NCBI GenBank assembly: GCA_030295235.1
Contig: AP026143.1
Span: 310,001-374,000 of the forward strand
Direction: 5' to 3'
Source of the DNA: Fistulifera solaris
Taxonomy: Eukaryota
Length of the DNA stretch: 64,000 bases
Part shown: positions 23,561-36,596 of the stretch, piece after piece
Layout: every line of letters starts with the position of its first letter
Numbering within the stretch: the stretch's first letter is position 1
The notes under the pieces: generated by a model
What the model was told of the DNA's origin: nothing
The model's database searches: none
Seen by the model: only the letters and a program-made list of their open reading frames with translations
Position numbers and translations under genes: made by a program

Positions 23561-24722
23561 GACCTCTAGAATCTTTAGATGAAATAATCTTATATTGTTA
23601 TACTTAAACACAAGGTTAAATTGCATTTATGAAAAACGTTTCTCTTCTTCTGTTTCGTATTTTGCATGCGGTGATGAATATTGCAAGCAAAGATAGTGAA
23701 ATTAATAGCCCATAGACTCGGTAGTCTATGTTTCTTCTCCGCACGTTAGTACTTCTCAAACATCTCTGATTGTTGAAGGAATGCATCGTGCATTTGTTTC
23801 ATGGATCGCATATACTCATCGTGCTCATTTACCAGTTTTGTAACTCCGACAAGAGCAGGGTGTACAACAATTCGAAAAATGGCGGGCTTATTGTTTCCTT
23901 TTTTCGACGAGGTAAATCGTTTGGAAGCTCTTGCACGCGCCTTAAGATCCCTTTTCCGCGCGCTCTTAGCGTCTTCTTACGGTAATGAAGTTCCTTTCTT
24001 AAACTGTTCTTTGTCATAAGAAATGGTGTATATTGTAACGATGGCGCGTTCTTCTGGGTTTTATAATGTGTAATGTGTCACTTTTTTTCTTCTTTTTTTT
24101 ATGCGATGTTATTCCGGGACTGCGAAACAATTCATTCGTACGCTACCTATGTTACTTCAAAGACGATCAATCGAAGCTAACTATCGACATTGACAACAAG
24201 CAATAAGGCACGGAGTACATAAAAGAATAATAACTGCGCTATGCCGTCTTTCTAATCACTGGTCGCAGTAGTGCACCAGGGCAGAACAAAGTCCACTTCG
24301 GGAAGGAGATGCCTCTCTAGACAAATTCCTAACAGATTTACCTGATATGTCGAGGGCTAGACTCACTAGAGAGTGCCACAATTCATTCCAAGATTGACAA
24401 CAGTCCAGATTTTGACAAATCAGGCGTGCTTTATCAAGAAATGGTCCTTATCATTTTATGATTGAATTCAAGAACACGGTATCCTTGGATACCCGGACTT
24501 GAGCTGGGAAACCCTCCATTGAGGCGTTAGTTCCCAGTGCTTAATGCGACGCACGAAATAAAAATACAAGTCTAGACACTTGGGTCCAACATGGTTAGAA
24601 TCACTCTTCAGCTACTCGAGTAGGAGTAGTGAGAACGAAAGACAAGCACAATGCTTGTGCTTCATGTGCACGGCAATCAATGGGCGTGGTAAATACTCTT
24701 TCTTTACTATTGATGGGATTAT

Positions 24723-25166
24723 TTAAAGCGGAATGAATCGCGTTTGATGGGCCGCACTCACACCGGGACGTCCGTGTCGTACAGGCTTGTAAGTAATGGC
24801 GAACTCACCCAAATACATACCCACCATCTCTGGCTTCATTTCCACACCGCAGAACATTTTTCCGTTGTAGATACCAATAATCGATCCGATCATTTCGGGC
24901 ACAATGATCATGTTGCGCAAGTGAGTCTTGATACCCTTGGGCTTTTCACCGGGCGGGGCATCCTTCTTGGCCTGACGAAGACGCTTGATCAAGGCCATGG
25001 GTTTGCGCTTCAAACCACGCGACATACGACGTCTGGCGCGAGCGCAGACCAATTCCATGAGTTCATCATTGGTCAAGTCCAAAAGTGCTTCCAATTCGAT
25101 ACCACGGAAGGTGAATTTACGGAATTGACGCTTTTTGCGAAGTTCGGCCACTTTTTCCTCGTCCAT
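24723..25166 (-). CDS. RPS15: 40S ribosomal protein S15 (uS19)
   Basis: [42 protein letters not shown] and RFIPL. ATG at 25166. Confidence 0.96.
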   Translation of the reverse strand: MDEEKVAELRKKRQFRKFTFRGIELEALLDLTNDELMELVCARARRRMSRGLKRKPMALIKRLRQAKKDAPPGEKPKGIKTHLRNMIIVPEMIGSIIGIYNGKMFCGVEMKPEMVGMYLGEFAITYKPVRHGRPGVSAAHQTRFIPL

Positions 25167-25190
25167 TTTTGTGTGTATATAATCAAATCT

Positions 25191-25421
25191 CTGTGAAAAC
25201 AAAACGAAATACGTCAGATACAAGCCAGAGGGAGCGAGGGAATATTGAAAACAAGAAAAAGAAATGTGGCAAGTTATCAAATTCATTCGGCGCACTCCGA
25301 TTGAGAGGTAGCATCGAAGTCAAAAAAGCGGATCTTAACAAGCTACATTCAAAACGTTCCCTGGCTCCTACAAATATATTAACTCATTCCAGCGATATTC
25401 AAACTTCAATTATCGACATAC
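25191..25421 (-). other. Probable 5'-UTR intron of RPS15 (231 nt)
   Basis: On the minus strand, AAG|GTATGT donor, CTGAC branch-like site, pyrimidine tract and CAG acceptor 24 nt upstream of the ATG. Confidence 0.55.
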
Positions 25422-25782
25422 CTTCGTCGAAAGAAACGTCCAAGAGGGATGCAATAGCAGGTGAAGAAACAACAGCAAGCCGATGCAAGTTTGCTCGACG
25501 GTCGAAGCAAACGACGGTTTGTTTAGTAACGCGGTAAGCGTAAACTCGAACCTTGTTGATGATAACTCGTTCTCGCTGGCAATAAAAACGTCATCATTCG
25601 TGACCTACTTTGTTCGAGACTGGGATAGAGCGTCTGTCCTTGTCCTCTTGAATTTCGCACGCCACCCAAAATAACGACGAGCCAAGATTTTTTCCTGTTC
25701 CTTCAAAAACATTCCAGAGACCCGCCATCACGAACTTGTTCTTCGCCTGCTCTTTCTCCAGATAAAAATTACAATCGAAACA

Positions 25783-28652
25783 ATGGCCGAAGGCGGTAAG
25801 AAACATAAGCACGGTAGCAGCGGAGGAGGCGCCGGAGGCTTTAAAGCACTGGGATTGACGGAAGATGTATTTCGGGGTGTGGTTCGATTGGGGTTCAAGG
25901 TACGTCTATGTGCTCTTCGGAACGAATTTCTAATAAAAAATTCTCACCTATGTATTTGCAGTCACCAACGCCTGTGCAACGAAAAGCTCTTCCTGTGATA
26001 TTATCCGGTGTCGATACCGTCGTCATGGCCCGGACGGGGTCGGGAAAGACCGTGGCCTTTCTCATTCCATTGTTAGAAAAATTGTTGGCCGAGCCACCAT
26101 CGGCGCAACGACCGGTGCGTGCCATTATCTTGTCACCCACACGAGAATTGTCTCAGCAAACGTTGAGTGTATTTTTCAAATTCACTTCAGTATTGAAAGA
26201 AACGGATCATCCGATTCGGGCGGTGGGTATTCACGGTGGAGAAAGTTTGGAAAAGCAGTTTTCGCTCTTGTCGAGTCAACCCGATGTCATCATTGCGACT
26301 CCGGGACGATTGGCGCATCACTTGTCGGAAATTCCGGATTTTACACTGGATGCGTGTCAAATGTGTATTTTGGATGAAGCGGATCGGCTCATGGAAATGG
26401 GTTTTGCTATGCAACTGCGTCAAATTTCGAAAACCTTTCCTTCGAATTGTCAAAAGGTGTTATTGTCGGCCACTTTACCGAAGCAGCTGGTGGAATTTAC
26501 TAAATCAGGCTTTGCGGTGGATCCAACGGTGGTTCGTCTCGATCATGAAGCGACCGTCTCGGCGGATTTGCGCATTGCCTTCATTACCTGTCGCAGTCTG
26601 GATAAGGATGCGGCATTTTTGCACGTTTTGCACCACATCAAACAAGATGCCGAGGAACACGGAGAAAGCACTGCAAGAACTGGGTTGACGCTGGTATTTT
26701 GTGCGACTCGTCATCACGTGGATTACGTTTCAACGTTGCTATCGGCGTCGGGGATACCAGCGACCATGATCTATGGCAGCATGGATCAAGAGGCGCGACA
26801 ATCCAATCTTGCTGCCTTTCGGTCGGGAAAGCAGCCGGTATTGGTGGTAACTGATGTAGCGGCACGTGGTATCGATGTTCCGTTGATTGACCACGTCATA
26901 CACTACCACTTCCCTCCTTCCCCGAAATTATTTGTCCATCGATCGGGGCGAGCGGCGCGAGCGGGGCGAATTGGCTTTTGTTGGGGTCTTGTGGAACCCG
27001 ATGAGTTACCTTACATGATTGATCTTCATCTCTTTTTGGGACGAAAACCTACTCCCGGTGTTGTTGCGAACGAGGAAGATGGTTCAGTATCCGATGAAAT
27101 GAAGCAATTGACTTATACGCTGGACGAAATGACACCCGAAATGGTCCATTATGGCTGCTTGCCTGAGGCTATCATGACAGAAGAAGTTGAAAATGTGCAA
27201 CGGATTATGAACTCAGAAATGAGTGGCTCACTGGACGCCCAAGCTCTCAAAAACTTGACAAAGGTTTGCAACAACGCTATGAAGCAGTATCGCCGAACCC
27301 GGAATGAAGCATCCAGAGAAGCGGTTCGACGAGCAAAAGCTATATTAGAAGGAGAACGAATGGAAACAGGAGAGCGCGTTGGTGGTGGGGCTATCTACCC
27401 TCATCCTCTTCTACGGGGAATGGAAATCAAACGAATTCAGAAGATGGGTAAAGACAAGGAAAAAGGAATTGGAGCTTTATCCAACGCCAAGAAACGACAG
27501 GAATTTCTACTCGCCATGGCAAATTTCCGCCCTAAAGAAACTGTATTTGAAGCCTTTGCGACCGGAGGCGGGCGTGACGTTGGCGTTGTCAGCCACATTG
27601 ATAAAGGACGTACGACGCATGGTAAGAAACACGATTCAAGTGCCGCCATGTCGGCCATGAAGAACATGAGACGTCAGATGCGAATGGCTCGGGACAAAGG
27701 GGCTACTCTTGTAGTGGCAGGTAGTGCGGCTGTCGATGAACAGAGCAATGACGACGACGACGACGACGACAACTCGGTGGATGAGGAGAAAGCGCCAGTA
27801 TCTTCTCTTGTCAACACTATTCCGCTGCTTGGTGAGAAGCCCGAAGTTATTCACAAAAGTGGTCAACGACGTTTGACCAAAGTGGAAAGACGCCGTCTGA
27901 AAAAGAACCCACAAGCAGTGGTAGACCGAACTAGCACCGACGAGAAACCCAAAGAAGTCAAGACCGACTTCCGAGATCCTTCTTTTACATGGAAAATGAT
28001 TTCACTGGCAACTCCGAAGAAGCTGACCGTTCCCGTAAAGTTGAATCTATGTTGCAACCCTCAGCGTCCGCTGTTCGGGGCATGGCTGGCAGAGCTGTAC
28101 GAATGGAAGAGGCTATGCTGGACATTGTCGGTGATGACAACGATGCATTGATCAAAAAGCAACGCATGGTGCGATGGGACAAGTCCAAACGGAAGTACGT
28201 ACAAACAACCGTCGGAGAAGAACTCGCTGGACACAGCAAAACGAAAAAGATTCGTCTGGAGAGTGGTCAGCTTGCTAGGAAGGATGATTCCAAGCTTGGA
28301 GAACTCTATTCAAAATGGCAGAAGAAAACGAACCGAAGCGTTGGACGAACGGGTGTCTTTGACGACAACCCGGGTCCGATCCATGTGAAGGGAAGTAAAG
28401 GCAAAAAAGTCTTCTGGTGGCAAATCAGAAAAGAGTGAATTGAAGAGCGCCGCAGAAATTAAGAAAGAGCGCGATCGACAACAGAACCTAAAGATGAAGA
28501 ATATGAAGAAACAGGATCGACGAGTGGTGGAACGCAAGCAAAAGAAGAGCGCAATGCAAAAGCGCGCAAGGAGTTCAACAAATCAGCACCGAGACGCACC
28601 AAGAGATAGATTGATGTGGTCTAGCGAATGCATCGTACTGTGTATCACGTAG
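25783..28652 (+). CDS. DBP10: DEAD-box RNA helicase DBP10/DDX54; intron 25900-25961; apparent frameshifts near 27985 and 28410; 3' end approximate
   Basis: PTPVQRK, ARTGSGKT, SPTREL, DEAD, SAT, ARGID and HRSGRAARAG. DBP10 C-terminal motif WDKSKRKY...KKIRLESG. Confidence 0.9.
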
Positions 28653-28984
28653 ATATAGTTTATCTTATCGTGCAATGAAGCATAACAAGTATGATTGTTT
28701 GACGGCCTCATTTATACTGTTAATATATTAAAAAGAGATCGTTGGGTCTTTCTTAGTTAAAATCTGAAGTAGCACGCGAAAACCTAATACAGTCAATATG
28801 TCGCTCTAGCTCGCTTCACAATGACGCTGAAAGTACTTGGCAATAGCTCGTCCACGATCGTCGCAGCGACCGCAAAAAATGGGGAAGATTTTATTGTTGA
28901 CGCACAAAAAGCTTACCAGGATAATTGTAATAGTCAAGAAAGGGTTGTATCCCAAGCAATTTTGGTTAAAAATAGACTTTTCCG

Positions 28985-31714
28985 ATGCCGAGCAACCGCA
29001 AACGCTCCAGCACAGCGAACAGGAAAGACAGTAGGAAAAAGAAGAAATCGTCGGGCAAGATCGTCGCCAGCGACGATGTTGGAGAATATTTTGAGATCGA
29101 AACAATTTTAGATTATCGCAATATACTCGGCGTAGAGCAGTTTTTGATCAAATGGGTCGATTATGATGAACCGACATGGGAAGCTGAGGAAGCTCTCTGC
29201 GATTCAGCTTATGAGATGGCCATGAGCTTGAAGCGAGAGAAGACAGAAGGCTCCCTTTTGGCGATTACTAATAAGAGCAACGCGACAGAACCATTGCCTG
29301 TGAATCAATTTACCAGTCAAGAGGAATACGACGATAACGATGACGGCAAAGAGGATGAAGACGATGTTGGAGAGTATTCTGAGATCGAAACAATCCTAGA
29401 TTATCGGAATATACTCGGCGTAGAGCAGTTTTTGATCAAATGGGCCGATTATGATGAGCCAACATGGGAAGTTAAGGAAGCTCTCTGCGATACGGCCTAT
29501 GATGTAGCCATGAGCTTGAAGCGAGAAAAGACAGAAGGTTCCTTTTTGGCAAAAGCAAATACAACTAACGCGGCAAAAACATTGCCTATGAATCAATCTA
29601 CCAATCAAGAGGAATACGACGGCAACGACGACGACGAAGTTGAGGAAGAAGTGTTTGCCGAACCTTTTGAAGAGGGTGACGACGATTTTGACGCCGAAGA
29701 ACCGGAGGAAAATGGAGACACCGAGGAGGGTTCGGTAAGCTTTCAAGACGTGGAAGACACGACTATTGACTGGTCAGATAAGTCACAAATAGAATATCGC
29801 CCGATCGAGCGTATTTCGATTCACGCGGAGGGGGTTGCTCAGCGTGTGAAAGCTGCTCGCGAAGCCGGTGTGCCTCTGTGTCTTGTTGGACATGTGGGAT
29901 GGACTCAATTCGCCAAGCCATGGCTTTTAAAAGTATCCAAACCCTATCATAAGGAAGTTGAAGGCAGTCAGGCTTCTGTTAGAAGTCCAAGATCTACGGT
30001 ATTTAAAGCGGATCAAGAAGATAGCAAGTCGGCGTCAAGTGAAGAAAGCAGTGCGACCTCGTCGGAAGAAAGCACCACTGATAGCAGTTGTTCTGACGAT
30101 GACAGTTCCGATAGTAGTAATACAAAATCACATATGTCGAACAGTGAAACACCAATAAACGACGATTTCTTAGATCTGACACAATCACACTTCATTGATG
30201 TTCAAAAATGATTGACTCAATAGGGAGTGAAAGTGTGCCCATTCAGAGAAAAAAGCGACAAGCTTGGAGACGATCCGAACCAACACCGTGTCTCCTTAAA
30301 GCTTTTCATTGAGAAATGCTGGCCAGAGCCTGGAAAGGAGCTGGCACCAGCCATGGCCGCAAGATATCTTCACCAGTGGCAATTTCCGCTTTCTAGCACA
30401 GCCGTCCCCAAGCTTTGTAATCAGTGCAATCCTCTTCCCCATGGAATATTAGGTCTAGACCTACTTCGTCTATGGCACGATCGGGAGCAGTTTCTAGGCG
30501 ATAGTCCTTATCAGTACCTGTTTATGGGTGATAAAGGAACGATGAGCAAGCTACATTCCGATAGAGGGGGTCTTATGATTACCATTGCCCCTATTGTTGG
30601 AGAGAAGGAAGTCGTTTTGGTCCACAGATCCGATGGTTCTTCTTTGTACGACCTAGAAGGGGATCTAGAAAAGCCTGATCTTCACCACTTTCCGTTGCTA
30701 CCAACGGCTCGTGCTTGGAAGACGATTATCAAACCAGGAGAAATTCTCATTTTGCCACATTCAACGTATCATCAGTGTCGCAATGTAACCCCATGTCTTT
30801 CCTATTCGCGTTTCTATCTGGATGACGTGAATATCAAAGCGTTCCTTCAATCCTTCATTGACCGCGATGCCCTGGATTTAGATCACGAAGATCTGCTGTG
30901 GAATGTGTGCGTCGAGCTGCATTTTGAATTGACTGATTATTCTGATAAGGTTCGCGCAAAGTGGATGCAGGATGGGACTGTTGAGGAAACACCACCAAGT
31001 ATTGTCAAGACCGTCACTACATTAAGGAGTCTTAGAAACGCGGCCAGGCACGTCGAAATTCATTTCATTCAGACTGCCAACAAAGCTCACGAAGATTGGA
31101 AGAAGATGGTTATTGATATTGATAATACACTCCACAACTATCGGTATCGTTACTTTCGGAAGCAACCAAGAGTCTCAAGGAAAGTGTGTAGACATACGAA
31201 AGAACAGCATCACGAAGTCGCGCCGACTTCAGCGCTACCGCAGACCAAAGCGCCATTAAATTGCCCACTCAATCTTTTCTGCAGTCAACTCAAGATTGCT
31301 CGTGAAAAGGAGGGCATCGTTCTACCAGACTCCGTTATTTTGAACCCTGGGGACCATGTTGGCATTAAAGATCATGGATATTATTTCAAGGGAGTGATAA
31401 AAGAAGTGAAGCACGAGCTCAAAGCGGCATATGTCAAATTTACTGACTTTAGCGACTACTGCTCACAATACATTCCCTTTGAATATCTTCGAAGTAACGC
31501 TTCAGACGAGGCACTCCCACCAAGCTTTACTGTACTGAATGGGAGCCCCGTTTGCTACAAGGAAAGTGACCGATCGTATCAAGCCCGAATCCAGTCTTGG
31601 CGGCGTGGGACTTTGTACAGGTTAAGAATCAAGCTAGATCATGGCCGAAGTTTTGACCGATGGTTCACAAGAGAATCATTTCTAAGTAAGATATCAGAAA
31701 CGAACGAAATGTAG
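28985..31714 (+). CDS. Chromo-chromo-JmjC protein with possible C-terminal Tudor-like repeats; apparent frameshift at the A-run near 30205
   Basis: Two chromodomains (Y.EIETILDYR..QFLIKW.DYDEPTWE). JmjC with LFMG..GT.SKLHSD...IIKPGEILILP..YHQCRN (HxD...H). C-terminal beta-rich segments LNPGDHVG..YFKGVI and AYVKFTDF. Confidence 0.75.
29072..29640 (+). repeat. Intragenic 288-bp tandem duplication encoding the two chromodomains
   Basis: GACGATGTTGGAGA..GAGATCGAAACAAT starts at both 29072 and 29360, with high nucleotide similarity along the unit. Confidence 0.9.
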
Positions 31715-31871
31715 CTACATGCTGTTTAAGCAATTCTCGAAGAGCAACTGTTCAAATAATCTAGTAATCTGATGCCGCTACATCTTCTTGTTTCTAAGGA
31801 GGAAGGAGAAGTTAGTAATTTTGTCCTAAAGTCTAGTAAACTACGAATGCTGCCAAATCTAGGAATGCCAC

Positions 31872-32822
31872 CTAACTTTGCGCTTCGGCCAAGTACTCTT
31901 TCAATAGCGACTTCTTGTCTTTCAAATCGACGCCAAATTTATCGCTCGCCACTTCGAGTGCCACTTTGATTGTCGCCTTTTCCATGTTGAAAACTTTGGT
32001 AAAATAGCGGGCCCAAGTCTGCAATTGTGAATCCGACGGCATTTGACCAAACGCGAGTGGTTCGTCCTTTTCTTCTTTCTGCGCAGCGGCGCGGCTCTTG
32101 GACTTTTTGCCATCGGGATGCTTTTTGGATCCGCCTTTGAGCAGAGACTCGGACGGTTCTCCCAGAAAATCCAATAAAGCATTGACTAAACCATCCTTGT
32201 CGTTCTTTCCTTTGCTGTGACGGAAACAGTGAGATTAGATTTGCTTTGACGACTCTTAGAAAGACCACTCTAAAACGTACCGATCAATCGCAAAGACATC
32301 ACACATTTTCTTGAGTTCCGCAATCGTTTTCTTGTAAGCTCTACTTCCCATTTCCGACTAAAGAGTTCAAACATGAGAAAAGAGAGACTTGATCACAAGA
32401 CGCAGAAAGAAACGCCAGAACCTTACCTCCAGTTTGTCATCGGATTCTTCAACATCTTTCTCTTCTTGTCCTTCTTGTAGTTTGGGTAAAAAGCCACTGA
32501 ACTCCAGAATGTCATTTTTGATGCGCTGTTTCGGCGGTTTCCGCTGCGACGGATACAAGAATTTGTGCGCCGCGAGCAATTCCGGTGCCGTCACCGGCAA
32601 AGCCTCGATGGACGCCCGGACGGGTTCCAGGTCCTGAAGGGGAGTACCGCGCCCTGCCACAATGACGACTTGATGCTCAATGTGCTTGAAATCGTCCGGA
32701 ACGAAGGCTTCCGCCGATTTGCGGGCTCGTTTTTCGCGCGTTGGTTCCTCGCTATCGGTCGGCCGCTTTTCGCTGGTCGTTTCGCTCGTTTCCTTCGTCT
32801 CTTCTTTAGAGGATTCCGTCAT
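31872..32822 (-). CDS. DEK-like chromatin protein (introns 32358-32426 and 32215-32280)
   Basis: KNDILEFSGF, ELKKMCDVFAIDR..KDGLVNALLDFLGEP (SAP-like) and DEK_C-like FNMEKATIKVALEVASDKFGVDLKDKKSLLK. The GT-AG introns join the exons in frame. Confidence 0.75.
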
Positions 32823-33156
32823 GATAGCAGTTGTGAAAATGGAAAAGAGGTTATGATGTGAAATACGATGATAATATCATGAGGAAGATTCGGGTGCTAT
32901 CGTTTTTATTTTATAATTTATTTGTTTTGTCGACAAAAATGCGATCTTTCTACGGTGTCCGAACAGCACTCGAAAACCTACTACGCATTACCGTTACGAT
33001 GTTTCTGCAGGAATTTGGAATCCTCATCATCACTTGCACGACACCACTCAATTAATTTTATTTCTATTGCCGCCATTTTTCTTTTTGTTCCACAACAATA
33101 AGATCGGTGCTAATTGCTGTCAAGTATACTAATCTTCCAGTAAATCCAGTCAAAGA

Positions 33157-34015
33157 ATGATCAGCCACGACGCGAAAAAATTGAAATACCCATCGCCTGT
33201 CGGCTGGACCGCACACGAAAACTCTTTCGCATCACACGGAACAAGGGCAAATCCTTGGCCAATGGAGGCTTTGGCTGCCTTTTGCCCGACGATGAATCCG
33301 AAGAACGCGTCATGGTGGATTATCTGTTCATTGAAGAAGTATATTTCTTGGTGGAACGAGGTCTTTTGGAGGCGTTTGATGGTGACAAACTGCTAAATAC
33401 TCAGGGTATCTTTCAATTGCTCGAAGAGTGCGGCATGACGTTATTTGCTTTGCTGGTCTATGCTCACGTGAGATCCCAAAATTATCGAGTCATTCGACAC
33501 ACGCCACATCGTCGGCGTATTTTAGAAGAAATGGAACCCTTGCGGCATCTGTATAAAAGAAGAAGTCAACCGAAACGGATGACAAAGAGACTGATCAGCA
33601 ACGCATCGCCACTACTACTACTTTGCCATTGATAGAAGAACCAGCGACTCAAACATCGGCCCGACAACAATTTGAACGACTGCGGCAACAATTGCGCGAA
33701 GACGGCGCCCAGGCTCCAGCACCCGTTGTCGCACATGGCGATCACATCGCAACGATTGCTTACGAACTGTACTTGCCCGATTCGCAGTTCCGACGAAGTG
33801 CTCCTGGTTTACCCGACATTTACGTGACAGCAACAACATCCTTGCATTTTGATGCTTTGCAGACCCTTCTGCAAGAAGCCAATGGCATTCCGTTGCGAAC
33901 GGCCGTCGTGTCCGAAGCCGGTACTGTCGTCATGCTAGGAGTGACGGATTACGGGGTACCCGCCATTTCCAAAGCCGGTTTGTCGAAAACCGAATGTGTA
34001 TCTGCAGCAACATAA
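33157..34015 (+). CDS. tRNA-splicing endonuclease subunit Sen54-like; apparent frameshifts
   Basis: YLFIEEVYFLVERGLL resembles the Sen54 N-terminal motif. Also LVYAHVRSQNYRVIR, AYELYLPDSQFRRSAPGLPD and AVVSEAGTV. Confidence 0.6.
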
Positions 34016-34234
34016 CCTTTTTTCAAATTGAGTATTGAATAGGACGAATTTGTGTGCCTTTTCAACGAGTATTTACGTGTGACAAGAAAGCTCCGGGTCA
34101 ATAAATTTCAACGTAATTACACCGGCAAATTCATATTTCAAACACTCTAAAAAAAAGATGATTTGTTTGTTTGATCTAGTCGTCTTGTTATTTTACGACT
34201 ACAAGTAGTAGTATTGGTATTTCGCAGAGACGTT

Positions 34235-34569
34235 TTATTTCCAGAATCCCTGCTTTCGCTGCTGGTGCACGTAACCATACAACATGGAGCCTACACCAAT
34301 CAACCAAATGCCTCCAATAATACCCCAAACCGGACCGGCATTGAACGGAGGATGAAAGACAGTCTAAGAAAGAGTGAGAGGCGGAATGCTGGTTCGTGAC
34401 CCTCTTGCTCTATAATAAAAACACTTACGTGCAAATCGTCATGGTCGATTTTACGCTTGCTCTTCATCGTCTCCCAATTTCCGCTCGCCTTGTGCATCTT
34501 GGGAGTCGCTGTGGACATGTTGCGTCGAGCAACAGCCCGAGTGACTGTAAGAGAAGATCGAGACAACAT
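34235..34569 (-). CDS. Small single-TM mitochondrial protein, possibly cytochrome c oxidase subunit VIIc-like (intron 34364-34428)
   Basis: Presequence MLSRSSLTVTRAVARRNMS. The GTAAGT..TAG intron joins to TVFHPPFNAGPVWGIIGGIWLIGVGSMLYGYVHQQRKQGFWK*. Confidence 0.6.
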
Positions 34570-34953
34570 GTTGAATGGAATGTTATTATGTTGCGCAAAA
34601 TAATGGTGTGGCTGCGTTGCGGCGGCCGCAGCGCCTCGATTTTGCGGGCATCGTCGTCGCGTATACCAAAGCGAACCTTGAAGGCATGGTGAGTATAGTG
34701 CAAAGTGTAGCTTCCGTAAACCGGTAAGATAATAGTCAAGACTGCAGATAGAGGTTACACTTTCTTTTCTCGAGACACGCACACAACGTCAGCAGCCTAT
34801 GGAACCCGATGATCGTCCGCCGTTCATCCCAAAACAAAATGCATCGTCGTCGCGATACCAGTACCTGCGGTAAAACATCAACAAAAAATAAAAGCATCCT
34901 CCGCCGGTAAATCATTCTGTGTGTTATATTTGCGGCACTTTTACACAACAACT

Positions 34954-36523
34954 ATGACTCTACCAAGAATTCGGAAAGCACTTTTGCAAAGGCGTTACGC
35001 GGCAACGGAAGCCGCAGCCATCCGCAAGAAAGCCATGGCCATTTCGGGGCGCCTTCCGCGATCAGCGCCATTCCGGATCGCGGGGCAGCCACACCCGAAG
35101 ATCACGTGTTCATTCGCGAAATTGGATGTACGCGTCGTATTTTTCAGCTCAAACCATTCTTAACGACTTCCCAGTTGGAAGGGTTGGCGTACCGCATCCG
35201 GACTTTGACGAAAAACGAAGCATTAAACAGTGTTCTGATTGCGACCGACAGTTCCCATCCCGAGGATGGTCTTCCCAGTATGCTACACGATCGGAATTAT
35301 CCGTACTTGCAAAATGAATCTGTGGATGAGGGTTTTCCACCGCGACCGGATCACACATTCTATGTTTCGGGGGTTACGATCCACTGACATTGTACCAACA
35401 GAGTGCCGAGCGCGTTCAAGCGCATTTGTCGCACTTGATGGATGTCGCGTTGGCCGTTCGTGGAAGCAGTGGTAAGATTCCCACGATATCAGTCCCTCAC
35501 GGGCACTTTCATGATGGCGGATTTGCACTTTTTGGAACGGGAACTTACGTTTTGGCGACGAGAGAAACGTCTTTTTCTATCACTAACCCATCCAAGGGCC
35601 TTTCTCTCGACCCAGTGGGATTGAGTTACATATTACCGAGATTGGGACAGGAATTCAACCAACCCTCCGCAAACTATATTGGTTGTGGGCTCATTATGGC
35701 GTTGATGGGCTACAAAGCGAATGCTGAAGATATGATGGAAGTAGGGTTGGCGACAAATTACGTGGAAACGCCAAGAGTGATCAGCTTACTCGAAAATACG
35801 CTCAGTCAGCTTCCTCCTTGGAATCAGCAAGCCCTCATTAAAAACCCGATCCGATATCACGGGGAGCCTGAACCGACTCACGATCACAATGCCGAATTTC
35901 GAAACTATGTCGTCGCTGAAGCGATTCACAACTTCTCGAGTTACCGCGCTGACGGCGCAGATATTTGGACCACCAGCGACAGAGATGCGTTTTTGATGGA
36001 AAAGGATCCATCGCTGGAACTCGACCACGTCCCGTGGCATAGCATGCGGTCCAGTAATCTGGTGGATTACGCTGCAACATTCGATGCGATCTTCAAAAGC
36101 GAGACCACTCTCGTGGGCATTCATGAACGCTTGAAAGAAATTGCTGGGCGTGTCACCAATGATCCTGAAGAACAAGAGGGTATTGATGTAGCCAGCGACT
36201 TTTGCCGTCGAATTGAGTCTCAGTCGCCATTGGCGGTGAGCGTTGTCTACCGGCTCTTGCGAGAAGGTACCAAGCCTCTGGAAACATTGCAAAGCTGTAT
36301 GGAACGCGAAAAGTTAGTACAAACGAAGCTTTATGCGAAGGAGGACTTTAAAGCGTGGGCTGAATCTAGAATAGCGGGACAAGTAGGTGAAGCATTCTCT
36401 GGATGGAAGCACAAAAGCATTCGTGAGGTTTCGGACGACGAGGTGACAGAGCTCCTCGAAAGTCCCAAGCTTCTTTCCAATCGAACACGCCCAGCAAGTA
36501 TCGGTAAGCCTGGCGAACAATAG
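34954..36523 (+). CDS. Mitochondrial 3-hydroxyisobutyryl-CoA hydrolase-like (crotonase-fold, ECH_2) protein, divergent; apparent frameshifts near 35070 and 35370
   Basis: Arg-rich presequence. DGGFAL, YVLATRET.F, GLSYILPRL, LMGYKANAEDMMEVGLATNYV, QSPLAVSVVYRLL, CMERE and WKHKSIREVSDDEV. Confidence 0.7.
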
Positions 36524-36596
36524 AGAGATCAATATAAATCTATATGCAATTATAAAGGAGTTGACAGTTGACATAACGCTCAGATTCAAATCTAAA

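Noticed and set aside
24500..24540. CTGGGAA...TTCCCAG hairpin in intergenic DNA as a possible ncRNA or tRNA
   Set aside because: There is no cloverleaf or box motif and no second copy was seen. A 7-bp stem can arise by chance.
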